The notes below the pieces were generated by a model that was given only the letters and a program-made list of their open reading frames with translations, ran no database searches and had not been told where the DNA came from. The position numbers were made by a program, and so were the translations under genes. Positions 19,462 to 27,845 of a stretch of DNA of 40,000 nt are shown piece after piece. This stretch comes from Symbiopectobacterium sp. RP (lineage in GTDB: Bacteria > Pseudomonadota > Gammaproteobacteria > Enterobacterales > Enterobacteriaceae): contig NZ_JBGOGS010000001.1 in NCBI RefSeq assembly GCF_050472005.1, positions 1,279,935 through 1,319,934 on the forward strand. The letters run 5' to 3'. Within the stretch, counting starts at the first letter, position 1. Every line of letters begins with the position of its first letter.

Positions 19462-19977
19462 CTACCCCCACATCCGGTTAATCAGCGCGTGCCTGCTTAC
19501 CGTAGTCATCCCTTTAGGGGTTGTGCGCCACGGTCGCCAGATGAACAACACGCTGCCCTTGCGGTTACCCGCCTTGCCTTGTTTGCCCGTTTCAGCGCTG
19601 ATAAACGACAATCGCCCTTCGGTGATGAAGCGCACCTCATCAACCGTTTTCTGTGCCTGTGCGAACCATCCCGTCGAGGTATCCGCAGGCAGCAGCATAA
19701 CGACCGTTTTATTCTGCTTGCGGCTCTGCTCAGCAGCTTTATCAACCCAGGGGCGGATATTGCTGTACGGGGGATTGCAGAAGATGGCGCCGGTGCTACT
19801 CCAGTCACAGGCAAGGGCATCATCCTCTGGCGTCAGATACAGACGACACAGGGTATTGTCGTGGTCCGCGGCGGCATCGAGGTAGAAGCCAAACTCCGCA
19901 TCCAGCGCCTGGAAGACCTCGTGCGGGGTTCGCCATGTGTCCTTGTGCTCTGGTCTGGTGTGTGATTTGAGTGCCAT
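19462..19977 (-). CDS. Phage Dam-family N6-adenine DNA methyltransferase (171 aa)
   Basis: From ATG 19977. WRTP..VF..L..EFGF.LD.AA plus the catalytic FCNPPYS motif, typical of the small phage N6A MTase family. Confidence 0.85.
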   Translation of the reverse strand: MALKSHTRPEHKDTWRTPHEVFQALDAEFGFYLDAAADHDNTLCRLYLTPEDDALACDWSSTGAIFCNPPYSNIRPWVDKAAEQSRKQNKTVVMLLPADTSTGWFAQAQKTVDEVRFITEGRLSFISAETGKQGKAGNRKGSVLFIWRPWRTTPKGMTTVSRHALINRMWG

Positions 19978-19979
19978 AG

Positions 19980-20180
19980 CTACCCCCACATCTTGTTGAG
20001 CATTGAGCGTGGTGTTAGTTTGAGGTACTGCTGTTCGGGAAGGGTGACAACGATATCCCAATATTTGGGGTCGCGGCTCAGTGACCTGGCAGCGCGATAG
20101 CCGTTGTCTTTGTAGTGCCTGACGAGTAGCTCCGCCTCTTCACCGGTTAAGCCGTCGTACCTGAAACTGGTTTTCTTCAT
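19980..20180 (-). CDS. Hypothetical nin-region protein (66 aa)
   Basis: ATGA overlap with the NinB stop and a GGGAGAG SD. Family not recognised. Confidence 0.5.
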   Translation of the reverse strand: MKKTSFRYDGLTGEEAELLVRHYKDNGYRAARSLSRDPKYWDIVVTLPEQQYLKLTPRSMLNKMWG

Positions 20181-20614
20181 CCGACTCTCCCAAAATAATC
20201 CCCGGAATAACGCACCTCCCGCCGCCTGACACCGTTGCCAACCGACCAGGCCTGGGCATACTCAATCAAACTGTTCATGCGCTTTACGCCCATCTGAGCC
20301 GTGCTCTCGCGGATGCTGCAAAACTCCCCCTCCAGCCCCGTCACCACCTCCCCCGGCCTGCCGGTAGCGATGGCATGTCCCGAGACAAACAGCGCCTTCC
20401 AGTCCAGCAGCGAGTGGGGTTTATCGGCCCACACCACCTGACGCGAAACATCGGTGCATAACGCATGGAACAGGTCGTTCTGCGGTAATGTCCGTTTAGC
20501 ATCGTTGACGGTAATTTCGAGAGGGCGGTGTGGGTCGGTGGGCAGGGAATCAATAAAGGCTTTCAGGTTTTTTCGTATTCGTTCATCACGCAGCAGGAAG
20601 CGTGTTTTATCCAT
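20177..20614 (-). CDS. ninB: NinB/Orf-family recombination mediator (145 aa)
   Basis: ATG 20614 after GGAGGGTGAC. R.LPQNDL.HALC.DVSRQV.W and STAQM.V..M..LIEY.QAW parallel lambda NinB (146 aa). Confidence 0.8.
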   Translation of the reverse strand: MDKTRFLLRDERIRKNLKAFIDSLPTDPHRPLEITVNDAKRTLPQNDLFHALCTDVSRQVVWADKPHSLLDWKALFVSGHAIATGRPGEVVTGLEGEFCSIRESTAQMGVKRMNSLIEYAQAWSVGNGVRRREVRYSGDYFGRVG

Positions 20615-20615
20615 G

Positions 20616-20801
20616 TCACCCTCCGCTTCTGGCGCGAAGCCTTCTGTCATGCTCTATCAACTTTCCAATAAGTGATAGAATGAAGTTGATTTTTTGCTCG
20701 CCATGAGTTATCTCATAGCGTTGTAACAACGCCACCTCTGGCCTGTCCGCGTTACTCAATATCGTGGATATATCATTCAAATAGGGAGTTAACTTATTCA
20801 T
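20616..20801 (-). CDS. Hypothetical protein (61 aa)
   Basis: ORF with AAGGAAAG upstream. First gene after the rex cassette on the PR strand. Confidence 0.4.
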   Translation of the reverse strand: MNKLTPYLNDISTILSNADRPEVALLQRYEITHGEQKINFILSLIGKLIEHDRRLRARSGG

Positions 20802-21052
20802 GGGTATGCTTTCCTTTAATACAACCTGTCCTCACTGCTTGAAAGAAAATGCAGTGTCATAGGGGGTTCGTGAACATAGGCGGGGTATACTTAAAGGGTC
20901 TACACCCGCAATGGCCTATGGTGCCGATCGATGGAAGTTGCCGCCTCATTGGTGTGGCTGTCGAAACCAAAATGCGGCTAATCTAGCCACGGCATAAGCA
21001 GATGGGTGTAGGTACATAGCACGCACCCGACACAGATAGGGGCGTTACTAGT

Positions 21053-21080
21053 TTGCCAGGAATGAAAACTTCAATATAAT
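21053..21080 (+). promoter_or_regulatory. Sigma70-type promoter for rexA
   Basis: TTGCCA (21053-21058) - 16 nt - TATAAT (21075-21080). The rexA ATG at 21091 is only 10 nt after the -10 and has no clear SD. Confidence 0.55.
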
Positions 21081-21090
21081 GGATTGATAT

Positions 21091-21930
21091 ATGAAAATCG
21101 GTTTTTATGCATTTTATAGTCAAAAAAACAAAAGTAAAGATAAGTCGGGGATAAAAATGCTTGATTTTCTCCTTCATCAGGCAACTCATAGTAATTCATT
21201 ATCTCATGGTGCTGACTATCTTTATCTTCATAACATTGATAATAAAACATTTCTTTTTACAAAAACAAACGACAACAGTCTTATACAAAAAATAAACAGG
21301 TCAAGCGCTTCCATAGAGGATATTAAAAAAAGCCTCGCGGATGATGAATCTCTTGGCTTTCCCGCATTCGTTTTCGTAGACGAAGATGTTATCGGATTTG
21401 CAAGGACAGTTTATGGACCGACTACCACTGATTTAATAGATTTTTTACATGGTAAAAATATTGCTATCGAAGATGGATCCAAGGTGCAACTAGAACCACT
21501 GATGAAAAGCACAACAAAGAAAGATGTTATGACAATGAGCTTCATAGGCAGAACCACAGTCAAAATAGAGTCTAACACCACGATATTTGTCGATATAATG
21601 AGAGCGTTAGGGGCCAAGGACATTGAAGATGAGCTATTTGATTCCATTGAGGTGATAATCAAACCAAAGCACAGAAGGGATATCAAATCAGCGACAAGAG
21701 ACATTGTAAACAATCCAAATCCTCCTTACTCTGAAATTAGCATGAGAGCTAGAGAAGAGGCTGGTGATATCCTTTCAGAGCATTATCTATCAGAAAAGGG
21801 TCATCTTTCAGCAATCATTGAAAAGGCCACAAATGCCGAAATTGCTGAGGAAATGAGTTATTGCTTCACAAGAATGAAATCCTCTATAGTAAGCTGCTTT
21901 AATCGCCAAATAGGCACACTATCACGCTAG
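21091..21930 (+). CDS. rexA: RexA homolog (279 aa)
   Basis: Same length as lambda RexA. Shared strings as recalled: GFYA.Y..KNK.KDK, KTFLFTKTND.SL.QKINRS.AS.EDIK.SLADDESLGFP, IGFARTV.GPTT.DL.DFL, EAGDIL.EHYLSEKGHLSA, NAEIAEEM.YC..RMKS. AT-rich. Confidence 0.88.
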   Translation: MKIGFYAFYSQKNKSKDKSGIKMLDFLLHQATHSNSLSHGADYLYLHNIDNKTFLFTKTNDNSLIQKINRSSASIEDIKKSLADDESLGFPAFVFVDEDVIGFARTVYGPTTTDLIDFLHGKNIAIEDGSKVQLEPLMKSTTKKDVMTMSFIGRTTVKIESNTTIFVDIMRALGAKDIEDELFDSIEVIIKPKHRRDIKSATRDIVNNPNPPYSEISMRAREEAGDILSEHYLSEKGHLSAIIEKATNAEIAEEMSYCFTRMKSSIVSCFNRQIGTLSR

Positions 21931-21951
21931 TACAAATCCGCTGGAGGTGTT

Positions 21952-22383
21952 ATGCGTAACAAAATAATGCCCGGGATTTGCATTGTAGCCATCCCTTACC
22001 TCTTTGTTTTTACTTCATATTTTATTTTTCGTCATTATCTGCCAGGCGTGTCTTTTTCTTCCCATAAAGATGGACTTGGTGCCGCATTGTCATCTTATGC
22101 AGGAACAATGATAGCAATCCTGATCGCAGGAATGACGTTTATGATAGGAAGCAGAACCAGAAAGTTAAGTAAGATTCGAGAATACGGATACATGACCTCT
22201 GTAGTCATCGTGTATGCACTAAGTTTTGTTGAGCTTGGTGTGCTTTTCTTTGCTGGCGTTCTTTTGATCTCAAGTATCGACGGCTACATGCTGCCAACGG
22301 TTGCCATCGGGATAGCTGCTGCCTCATTTGCTCATATATGCATGCTTGTAATTCAGCTTTATAACTTTACGCATGAATCCTGA
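21952..22383 (+). CDS. rexB: RexB homolog, polytopic membrane protein (143 aa)
   Basis: MRN.IMPG..IV.IPY....... FRHY.PGVSFS.H.DGLGA.LSSYAGTMIAILIA..TF.IGSRTR.L.KIREYGYMTSVVIVYALSFVELG matches lambda RexB (144 aa) as recalled. Confidence 0.9.
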   Translation: MRNKIMPGICIVAIPYLFVFTSYFIFRHYLPGVSFSSHKDGLGAALSSYAGTMIAILIAGMTFMIGSRTRKLSKIREYGYMTSVVIVYALSFVELGVLFFAGVLLISSIDGYMLPTVAIGIAAASFAHICMLVIQLYNFTHES

Positions 22384-22407
22384 ACATACCCATCAATTTT
22401 GGCCCCC

Positions 22408-22431
22408 ACCCGGCCCCGCGCCGGGTTTTTT
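22408..22431 (+). terminator. Rho-independent terminator after rexB
   Basis: CCCGGC-CCCGC-GCCGGG followed by T6, 25 nt after the rexB stop. Confidence 0.75.
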
Positions 22432-22618
22432 GTGCCCTATTCCCAGCATTTCGAACTACCTCAAATTCCTGGGTAGTTGCCCAATCGATTTAGGTACCAC
22501 CAATTTCATCGTAACTCACTGATTATAGCGTGCAGGATCTGCATGCCTCCCGATATGGGCACCACCTGCATATTTTCGTTACTCCTGCACCTTTTCATCA
22601 CTCCTCCTGTTTGTTTGC

Positions 22619-23995
22619 CTAGACGTCAGCGCCTTTTGCGTACCTGCGTACGCTGGTTTCTGTCTGCTGCCTTGTCGTGCACTTCTCCCGCGCTTCGTCC
22701 TGGTCGCACTCAATGAAATGACCGTTAACGAATCGCTGATAGACGGTGCCGAGTGAGCCAAAGCGGTTTTTTGTGACGATGATTTCTGCGAATGGAGCGG
22801 CGGGTGAATTCTCGTTATACACCGCGTCGCGGTAGAGCATGATGATTGAGTCGGCATCCTGTTCAAGGCTGCCAGAGTCACGCAAATCGGCGTTGGTCGG
22901 GCGCTTGTTAGGTCGCTTCTCAATGTCTCGTGATAGCTGACCAAGCGCGATCACTGGCGTTCGCAGCGTCTTGGCCATTGCCTTTAGGCTCCATGAGATA
23001 TGGGCTATGGCAAGGTCGTTACGCTCCGCTTTCGGTTTGGCGATCAGCCCGAGATAGTCTGCCATGATCAGCGATAGCGCTGGGTGCTCCTGTTTGTGCC
23101 GCCTGGCAATGGCTACGATTTCCTCCACCGTCAGGCGGCAAGCATCAACGACCCATACGTCAAGATCTGCCAGTCGGTTAATCCCGTCAACAATCCTCGC
23201 CCATCCCTCATCGTCAAGGTTTGAAGGGTTACGCAGCAGACTTACCGACATCCGCCCTGCCCCGGCTATCGAACGCTCAGCTACCTGTAGAGAACTCATT
23301 TCCATGCTGAAAATCAGAACGCCCCTCCGCTGGTTCTCCCCGGGTAACTTCCGGTTTGCCACGCCTTCGGCAACCTTAAGCGCCAGTTCAGTTTTCCCCA
23401 TTCCGGGCCGGGCGGCGACGATCACTAAATCCTCAGCGTTCATCCCCCCGGTGATCGCGTCCAAGTCGTCAATGCCTGTTTTCAGCGTGTCGGACTCTTC
23501 CCCGTTTTTCAGGCGGCGCGCTAACGTGTTGGTGTATTCGGAGATGATGTCTCCAAGGCGAACCGGCTTCACTTCCTGCTTCGGCTTTCGAATGCCTGAC
23601 AGTCTGCCGATAAGTTCGTCCATCGCCACGGTAGCCACTTCAATCGATGAATTTCCGATTGTCCCGCGCAGCTTGTCAACAGCCGAAACGAACATCCGGC
23701 GCTGGTACATCTCAGTCACCATGTCGGCATAGCCCCGCAGGTTTGCAGCGCTGGGGCAGCTACGCGCCGTTTCCATGATGTAGGCAAAATGCTCATCGCC
23801 ACATTCCTCGGCAACCATCAGGGAATCAATCATGTTTCTGGTGCGAGCCTGTTTACGGATCACCTCATAGGCTCGTTTGTAAATCGGGATCTCGAAGGTT
23901 TCCGCCTCCAGCGTTGCCAGAACCTCAGTTGCCGTTGGCGTTAAACCGCCGATCAGCAAACCACCAATCACGCTGGCCTCGATATCCTGTCTCAT
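22619..23995 (-). CDS. DnaB-type replicative helicase, P22 gp12 equivalent (458 aa)
   Basis: Walker [10 protein letters not shown], DnaB C-terminal motifs ([26 protein letters not shown]). Same length as P22 gp12. Confidence 0.95.
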   Translation of the reverse strand: MRQDIEASVIGGLLIGGLTPTATEVLATLEAETFEIPIYKRAYEVIRKQARTRNMIDSLMVAEECGDEHFAYIMETARSCPSAANLRGYADMVTEMYQRRMFVSAVDKLRGTIGNSSIEVATVAMDELIGRLSGIRKPKQEVKPVRLGDIISEYTNTLARRLKNGEESDTLKTGIDDLDAITGGMNAEDLVIVAARPGMGKTELALKVAEGVANRKLPGENQRRGVLIFSMEMSSLQVAERSIAGAGRMSVSLLRNPSNLDDEGWARIVDGINRLADLDVWVVDACRLTVEEIVAIARRHKQEHPALSLIMADYLGLIAKPKAERNDLAIAHISWSLKAMAKTLRTPVIALGQLSRDIEKRPNKRPTNADLRDSGSLEQDADSIIMLYRDAVYNENSPAAPFAEIIVTKNRFGSLGTVYQRFVNGHFIECDQDEAREKCTTRQQTETSVRRYAKGADV

Positions 23996-24807
23996 AGCGT
24001 ACCCTCCCTGATTTTCGTCAGGGTCTTGCGTTGAAGCAGGTAATCAAAATTAGCCACCCAGCCGCGATCATTGTCGCCAAAGTGGAACGGCCTGGCAGCA
24101 GCCATAAACGCCCTGACGTAAGACTTGAAGCCGTCCTGGTTTGGCGTGGCCAGAGATTTAACCAGAGCAGCAAGTTTCCGTTTTCGCTCGTCATTGGCTT
24201 CAACAGCGTGAGGCAGTCTGTCACCCACGGCTTCGTTGTAAGCGTTCAGGTAGTCGTCGTATTTGATTGGGTTTGATTTTCGTTTAGAGGGTTTACCCCC
24301 CTTCACACTTTCACCCGTAGGGGGTAAGGGGGTATTATTTATTTTATCTTTAAAGATATCTTTTGTGTGTTCCGTTTTGGTAACACTCGGTGTATCCAAT
24401 TTGGTAACATTTTTTGTTCCCGATTTGGTAACAATGTTATCTATTTGGGAACACTCCGGGATCTCCCATTCTGATATGTTTTTGTTTGGGCCAATTTTGC
24501 TTCCGTCTTTCACCAGAACTTTCATGGCGATAAGCTCATTTTTGGCAATGTTGGCCTTTGGCCTGCTGATTCTGCAAAGCTCGGCTAATTGACTGTCAGC
24601 AATGCGATCCATTTTCTTCTTGAAGCCGTATGTCTTTCGGCATACAGCGTGTGCCATCTTGGCTTGATTGCGAGTCAGATTAGCGCCGATCAGTTCTTCG
24701 TAAAGCTCCATCGCCAGCATGATGAAGCCATCATCAGTGTCAGCCACGCGAGGCTCCTGTTGCCCCTGCTCAGGGCCGGGAAATTGATATATCTCAGCAG
24801 CGTTCAT
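23992..24807 (-). CDS. Replication initiator, lambda O / P22 gp18 type (271 aa)
   Basis: N-terminal Phage_rep_O-like region ([13 protein letters not shown]...[20 protein letters not shown]). Internal iterons. Same length as P22 gp18. Stop overlaps the helicase start. Confidence 0.85.
   Translation of the reverse strand: MNAAEIYQFPGPEQGQQEPRVADTDDGFIMLAMELYEELIGANLTRNQAKMAHAVCRKTYGFKKKMDRIADSQLAELCRISRPKANIAKNELIAMKVLVKDGSKIGPNKNISEWEIPECSQIDNIVTKSGTKNVTKLDTPSVTKTEHTKDIFKDKINNTPLPPTGESVKGGKPSKRKSNPIKYDDYLNAYNEAVGDRLPHAVEANDERKRKLAALVKSLATPNQDGFKSYVRAFMAAARPFHFGDNDRGWVANFDYLLQRKTLTKIREGTL
24330..24460. repeat. Origin of replication: four iterons plus adjacent AT-rich tract inside the initiator gene
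   Basis: ATTTGGTAACA-type repeats at 24375-24386, 24399-24410, 24423-24434 and 24443-24454 (spacing 24, 24, 20 bp). Flanked by the AT-rich segment 24330-24370. Confidence 0.65.
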
Positions 24808-25496
24808 GCGGCGTTCCCCACGGCTTTCAGAAGACCCGCATCAAGCATCTTCCGCGTCAGCCATTGCTGGCCCTTGCCGGTGATCTTCGTCGTGAATGAG
24901 ATTTGAATGCCGTGATTGGTGTCTACGGGCGTCTCACGGACAGTGAAATAACCTCTATCCATGTACTCCTGCATCGGGACGTTGCGGCGAGCGCCAGAAG
25001 CGATCAGCACCCGCTTATCGCGCAGCCACGCAAAGAGCTTGTTGGGGCCGAGTCCTACGGTTTTCGCGTAGTTGCCGATGAGCACGCCAGCAGCCTCACC
25101 GACACGATCAGCAAACTCGACCTTTGGCGCGGCGATAGCTAACTGGTTTTCTAACTGCTGGCGCTGTTCAACCTCTGCCGTCAATGCTTTTAGGGCGGAC
25201 AGGTAATCCGTTGGTAGTTGAGTGAGTGATTCCAACTCCTGCCAGCGGTCAACTACTGCGGCGGTGAACTCAGGGGATAATCTGGCAACCAGCACTAGAC
25301 TGTCCCGTTTGTTCAGTTCGTAATAGTCAAATTGTTGCCCTCGATACTCAAATTTTAGTGGCTCAATTTGAGCGGCTAAAATTCCACCGCCAATAAGGTC
25401 ACGAATAACGCGTAAAACGTTCTTGTGTTCTTTCCGCACAAGATCGGCTATCTCACGGCTACTCATTGTTGGGTTTACTGTCGTAGATAATTGCAT
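24804..25496 (-). CDS. Rha N-terminal domain plus ANT/KilAC C-terminal domain regulatory protein (230 aa)
   Basis: MSSREIADLV.KEHKNVLR.IR is a Rha-type N-terminus. C-terminus AKTVGLGPNKLFAWLRDKRVLI......N.PMQEYMDRGYF is the ANT-type pattern. Confidence 0.8.
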   Translation of the reverse strand: MQLSTTVNPTMSSREIADLVRKEHKNVLRVIRDLIGGGILAAQIEPLKFEYRGQQFDYYELNKRDSLVLVARLSPEFTAAVVDRWQELESLTQLPTDYLSALKALTAEVEQRQQLENQLAIAAPKVEFADRVGEAAGVLIGNYAKTVGLGPNKLFAWLRDKRVLIASGARRNVPMQEYMDRGYFTVRETPVDTNHGIQISFTTKITGKGQQWLTRKMLDAGLLKAVGNAA

Positions 25497-25507
25497 GTAT
25501 AATTACC

Positions 25508-25822
25508 TCAGAAATCGATTGAGTATTGCCCTGAATCCTCACCTGCCAGTGGGGATTTTTTCTTTGTCAGAATCAGCGCGACTTGCTTAGCCAAATGCGC
25601 CAGCTCGTCGTCGTTAACTCCCCATTCCAGAATCGCTAGAGCCAGACTCATCAGCCCGAAAAACGAGTGCTTCTCCTTCCCCTTGGCGACTTTCATCCGG
25701 CTTATCTGGGATTCGTCCAGGTTCAGAAAATCAGCGAACTTTCTCTGACCGAATAACGCCAGCTTGCTTAGAAGCTGCGATTCAATCTGGCGTGCTTTCT
25801 TGCGTGTACTTGTGATGTCCAT
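25508..25822 (-). CDS. cII: CII-like transcriptional activator (104 aa)
   Basis: IES.LL.K.A..G.RK.A......ESQISR.K....... LA.LEWGV.DDE.A.LAKQVA.ILT.KK parallels lambda CII. Position after cro. Confidence 0.85.
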   Translation of the reverse strand: MDITSTRKKARQIESQLLSKLALFGQRKFADFLNLDESQISRMKVAKGKEKHSFFGLMSLALAILEWGVNDDELAHLAKQVALILTKKKSPLAGEDSGQYSIDF

Positions 25823-25997
25823 TTGTGATACTTTCCTTGTTGAAAAAAACAGGTTATCGGATGCGCGTGTAGAGACACGGCACCTGTGTTTTGGTGATCA
25901 ACAGACGTGACGAAGCCGTGAGCCAGTCACAGTGAGTTTGTTACTGTGGGATGTTGAGTTCGCCACGTTGTCGGTGGCTTCCGTAGGACGAGTGTCC

Positions 25998-26010
25998 GTT
26001 GTAAAGAGCG
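25998..26010 (-). promoter_or_regulatory. boxA-like element of a nutR candidate
   Basis: Minus strand reads CGCTCTTTACAAC, 11 nt after the cro stop. It is followed by the small hairpin GGAC-ACTC-GTCC. Confidence 0.5.
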
Positions 26011-26020
26011 GTGCTGCTGG

Positions 26021-26236
26021 TTAGGCAATCTTATTTACGGACGGAAAAAGATCATCTAACCCTATTGATATACCTTTTGAATTAATTACCTGAACTATCT
26101 TATGAGCTAACTTGATATCTATGTTTCGTCTACCGTGTTCATAGTGGCAAATGCCTCTAGGGGTACATCCCATCATTTTTGCGAGCTCTGTCTGAGTTAA
26201 GTGAACTCGGTTCCTGAATTGCCGTAATTTGTTCAT
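26021..26236 (-). CDS. cro: Cro-like HTH repressor (71 aa)
   Basis: ATG 26236 preceded by GGAGGTATAC. The XRE-type HTH LTQTELAKMMGCTPRGICHYEHGRR is divergent from the cI-like gene. Confidence 0.8.
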   Translation of the reverse strand: MNKLRQFRNRVHLTQTELAKMMGCTPRGICHYEHGRRNIDIKLAHKIVQVINSKGISIGLDDLFPSVNKIA

Positions 26237-26254
26237 GTATACCTCCAAGTGGCA

Positions 26255-26333
26255 AGTATACATAACGTAATCAGATTGCACAACATGATTATCCATTATG
26301 TGTATTTATTGGTTTTTATACAAAGCGTATAAT
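26255..26333. promoter_or_regulatory. OR region with PR and PRM candidates
   Basis: Operator arms AGTATACATAACG (26255-26267) and CATTATGTGTAT (26294-26305). PR (minus): TTGTGC-17-TATACT. PRM (plus): TATAAT at 26328-26333, 6 nt before the cI ATG. Confidence 0.6.
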
Positions 26334-26339
26334 AAAGAA

Positions 26340-26756
26340 ATGGAAAGAGCTAAATGGCATGAAGTCGCTAAAGCCCGGATGAGGGCTTTGCGCATAACAC
26401 AAGATGAGTTAGCGGAACGCTTGGGTGTCACAAAGGGTGGAATTAGTCACTGGCTAAATGGACGGCGTGAGCCTCGAATAGAGGATTTTTGTAAGATAAT
26501 GGCGATCTTGGGTTTGAACAAACTCATTCTTAATAATGATGGCTCATTATTGGTAGATAATGAGCGTGAAGCCATGTCTCCTACAACATCCTCTATACCC
26601 ACCTTGACTGAGGAAAAGCTAGAACTTCTCAAGCTGTTTGATGACTTACCTGAAGTCGAAGCTAAGCGTTTTCTTGTAGAGATGAAGATCAAAAAGACAC
26701 ACTATGATGCTCTTTTTGAAGAGATGTACAAAAAAAGAAAACAAAAAGTGCTATAA
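26340..26756 (+). CDS. CI-like prophage repressor, HTH only, no S24 peptidase domain (138 aa)
   Basis: From ATG 26340. XRE HTH ITQDELAERLGVTKGGISHWLNGRR. C-terminal 70 aa are charged and helical. No Ala-Gly site or Ser/Lys protease module seen. Confidence 0.75.
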   Translation: MERAKWHEVAKARMRALRITQDELAERLGVTKGGISHWLNGRREPRIEDFCKIMAILGLNKLILNNDGSLLVDNEREAMSPTTSSIPTLTEEKLELLKLFDDLPEVEAKRFLVEMKIKKTHYDALFEEMYKKRKQKVL

Positions 26757-26877
26757 TATTAATTAAATAGTGGTTATTGCGATACTCCCTTCTAATTTTC
26801 ATATCCCTTTTCCCCTAATTCATAGAACAGAAATAAATTATCATAAAAATCAGTAGGATAAACTTTCTCACACAAAA

Positions 26878-26921
26878 AGTATACATAATGTAATTTACAT
26901 TAAAAAACCATTATGTATACT
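26878..26921 (+). promoter_or_regulatory. OL/PL candidate
   Basis: Perfect 13-bp inverted repeat AGTATACATAATG / CATTATGTATACT (18-bp spacer) sharing the OR arm sequence. TTTACA (26894-26899) - 16 nt - TATACT (26916-26921). Confidence 0.6.
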
Positions 26922-27089
26922 TAATCCCATCACCCCACCAGACAGCCTTCAGCCAGACGGTGGAACACCAACCCGCAACGGCAATACCCCGGCAGGCAAG
27001 ACCTCGAGTTACCCGCCGATTGCCTGAGCGTAAGTAGCCAGCCCGAGGCACACGAACATGACGGCGGTTGTGGTGATTTAGTAGACAAC

Positions 27090-27114
27090 AAAAAAGCGCC
27101 CTACTGGACGCTTC
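27090..27114 (-). terminator. Rho-independent terminator of the 172-aa gene
   Basis: Minus strand reads AGCGTCC-AGTA-GGGCGCT (one G-U pair) followed by T6. Confidence 0.6.
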
Positions 27115-27126
27115 GCTCTTTAACAA
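27114..27126 (+). promoter_or_regulatory. boxA-consensus-like sequence in the PL leader
   Basis: CGCTCTTTAACAA on the plus strand, about 190 nt after the PL -10. It differs from the rrn boxA consensus TGCTCTTTAACAA only at the first base and abuts the minus-strand terminator. Confidence 0.35.
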
Positions 27127-27182
27127 TCTGTATCCCCAACACAATGCCAGACTGGTAGTAAGAGCAAGCTGGTTGCTCAAAT

Positions 27183-27701
27183 TTATCGACCACCTCCGCT
27201 AAATCGGGATCCGTATCCGGCAACCTGTGTCGGTTTCTTGGGAGGGAGTTTATTCATCTTGAAGTCATTTTTACATTCGGGGCAGTAATGAACATGAAAT
27301 CCACTCATCGCCGTAGTCGTTACGCCAGGCTGAAGTATCGATATTTTATTTTGATGAAAACAATGTGGGCAGGCATTCACCGCGGTCTCACCATCACTCA
27401 AAACAATATTCTTCGAATAAACAAGCGTACCCGAATCAACTTTATTCAGAGAATAATCTACCGCCTGAACTTTAAAGTTTTCGAACTCTGCAATTTTTGC
27501 TTTGAGAGATGTATTCATTTCTTGGTAAGTGCCCACGAGCTCAACGAGAAATACGCATTCACACTGAATAGACGCAAGTTTTGAATTTAACTCATTAACC
27601 GCAGCGTTTACTTCGGCCTCGGTTTTGGCGTCATTGATCAGTTTGGCAAGTTGCGCAGTTTCACGAATTGCAGCCATGGCCACAGATAATTCAGCGATCA
27701 C
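27183..27701 (-). CDS. Hypothetical coiled-coil plus zinc-ribbon protein (172 aa from GTG 27701, or 164 aa from ATG 27677)
   Basis: Clean ORF antisense to PL with its own terminator. The N-terminal ~85 aa are helical. The C-terminal part has CPHC-x25-CPEC and a basic Gly-rich tail. Family not recognised. Confidence 0.7.
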   Translation of the reverse strand: MIAELSVAMAAIRETAQLAKLINDAKTEAEVNAAVNELNSKLASIQCECVFLVELVGTYQEMNTSLKAKIAEFENFKVQAVDYSLNKVDSGTLVYSKNIVLSDGETAVNACPHCFHQNKISILQPGVTTTAMSGFHVHYCPECKNDFKMNKLPPKKPTQVAGYGSRFSGGGR

Positions 27702-27845
27702 TTTGAATTCTCTTCTGACTGTTGGGGATATCCAGATTAACGCATTCCTGCCTGTTGGGGAATAGCAGGAACCACTGCCGCCTGAGGTGGAGAAGTAAAC
27801 CAGGCATTAAACCACAGAAAATTAATGAGTCTGCTCTGTTTTAAC

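Noticed and set aside
20802-21050. A structured ncRNA or small ORF (47 codons from 20848) in the 250-bp gap upstream of rexA
   Set aside because: I could find no SD, no convincing promoter/terminator pair and no tRNA-like or other recognisable fold. It is left as unexplained spacer.
23064-23732. 222-aa plus-strand ORF
   Set aside because: It lies entirely antisense within the DnaB-type helicase gene. Its Ser/Arg/Pro-rich composition is typical of a shadow frame.
26911-27180. 89-aa minus-strand ORF downstream of the 172-aa gene
   Set aside because: It overlaps the OL/PL operator arm, the terminator hairpin and the boxA-like motif. It has no SD and lies after the terminator of the upstream gene.
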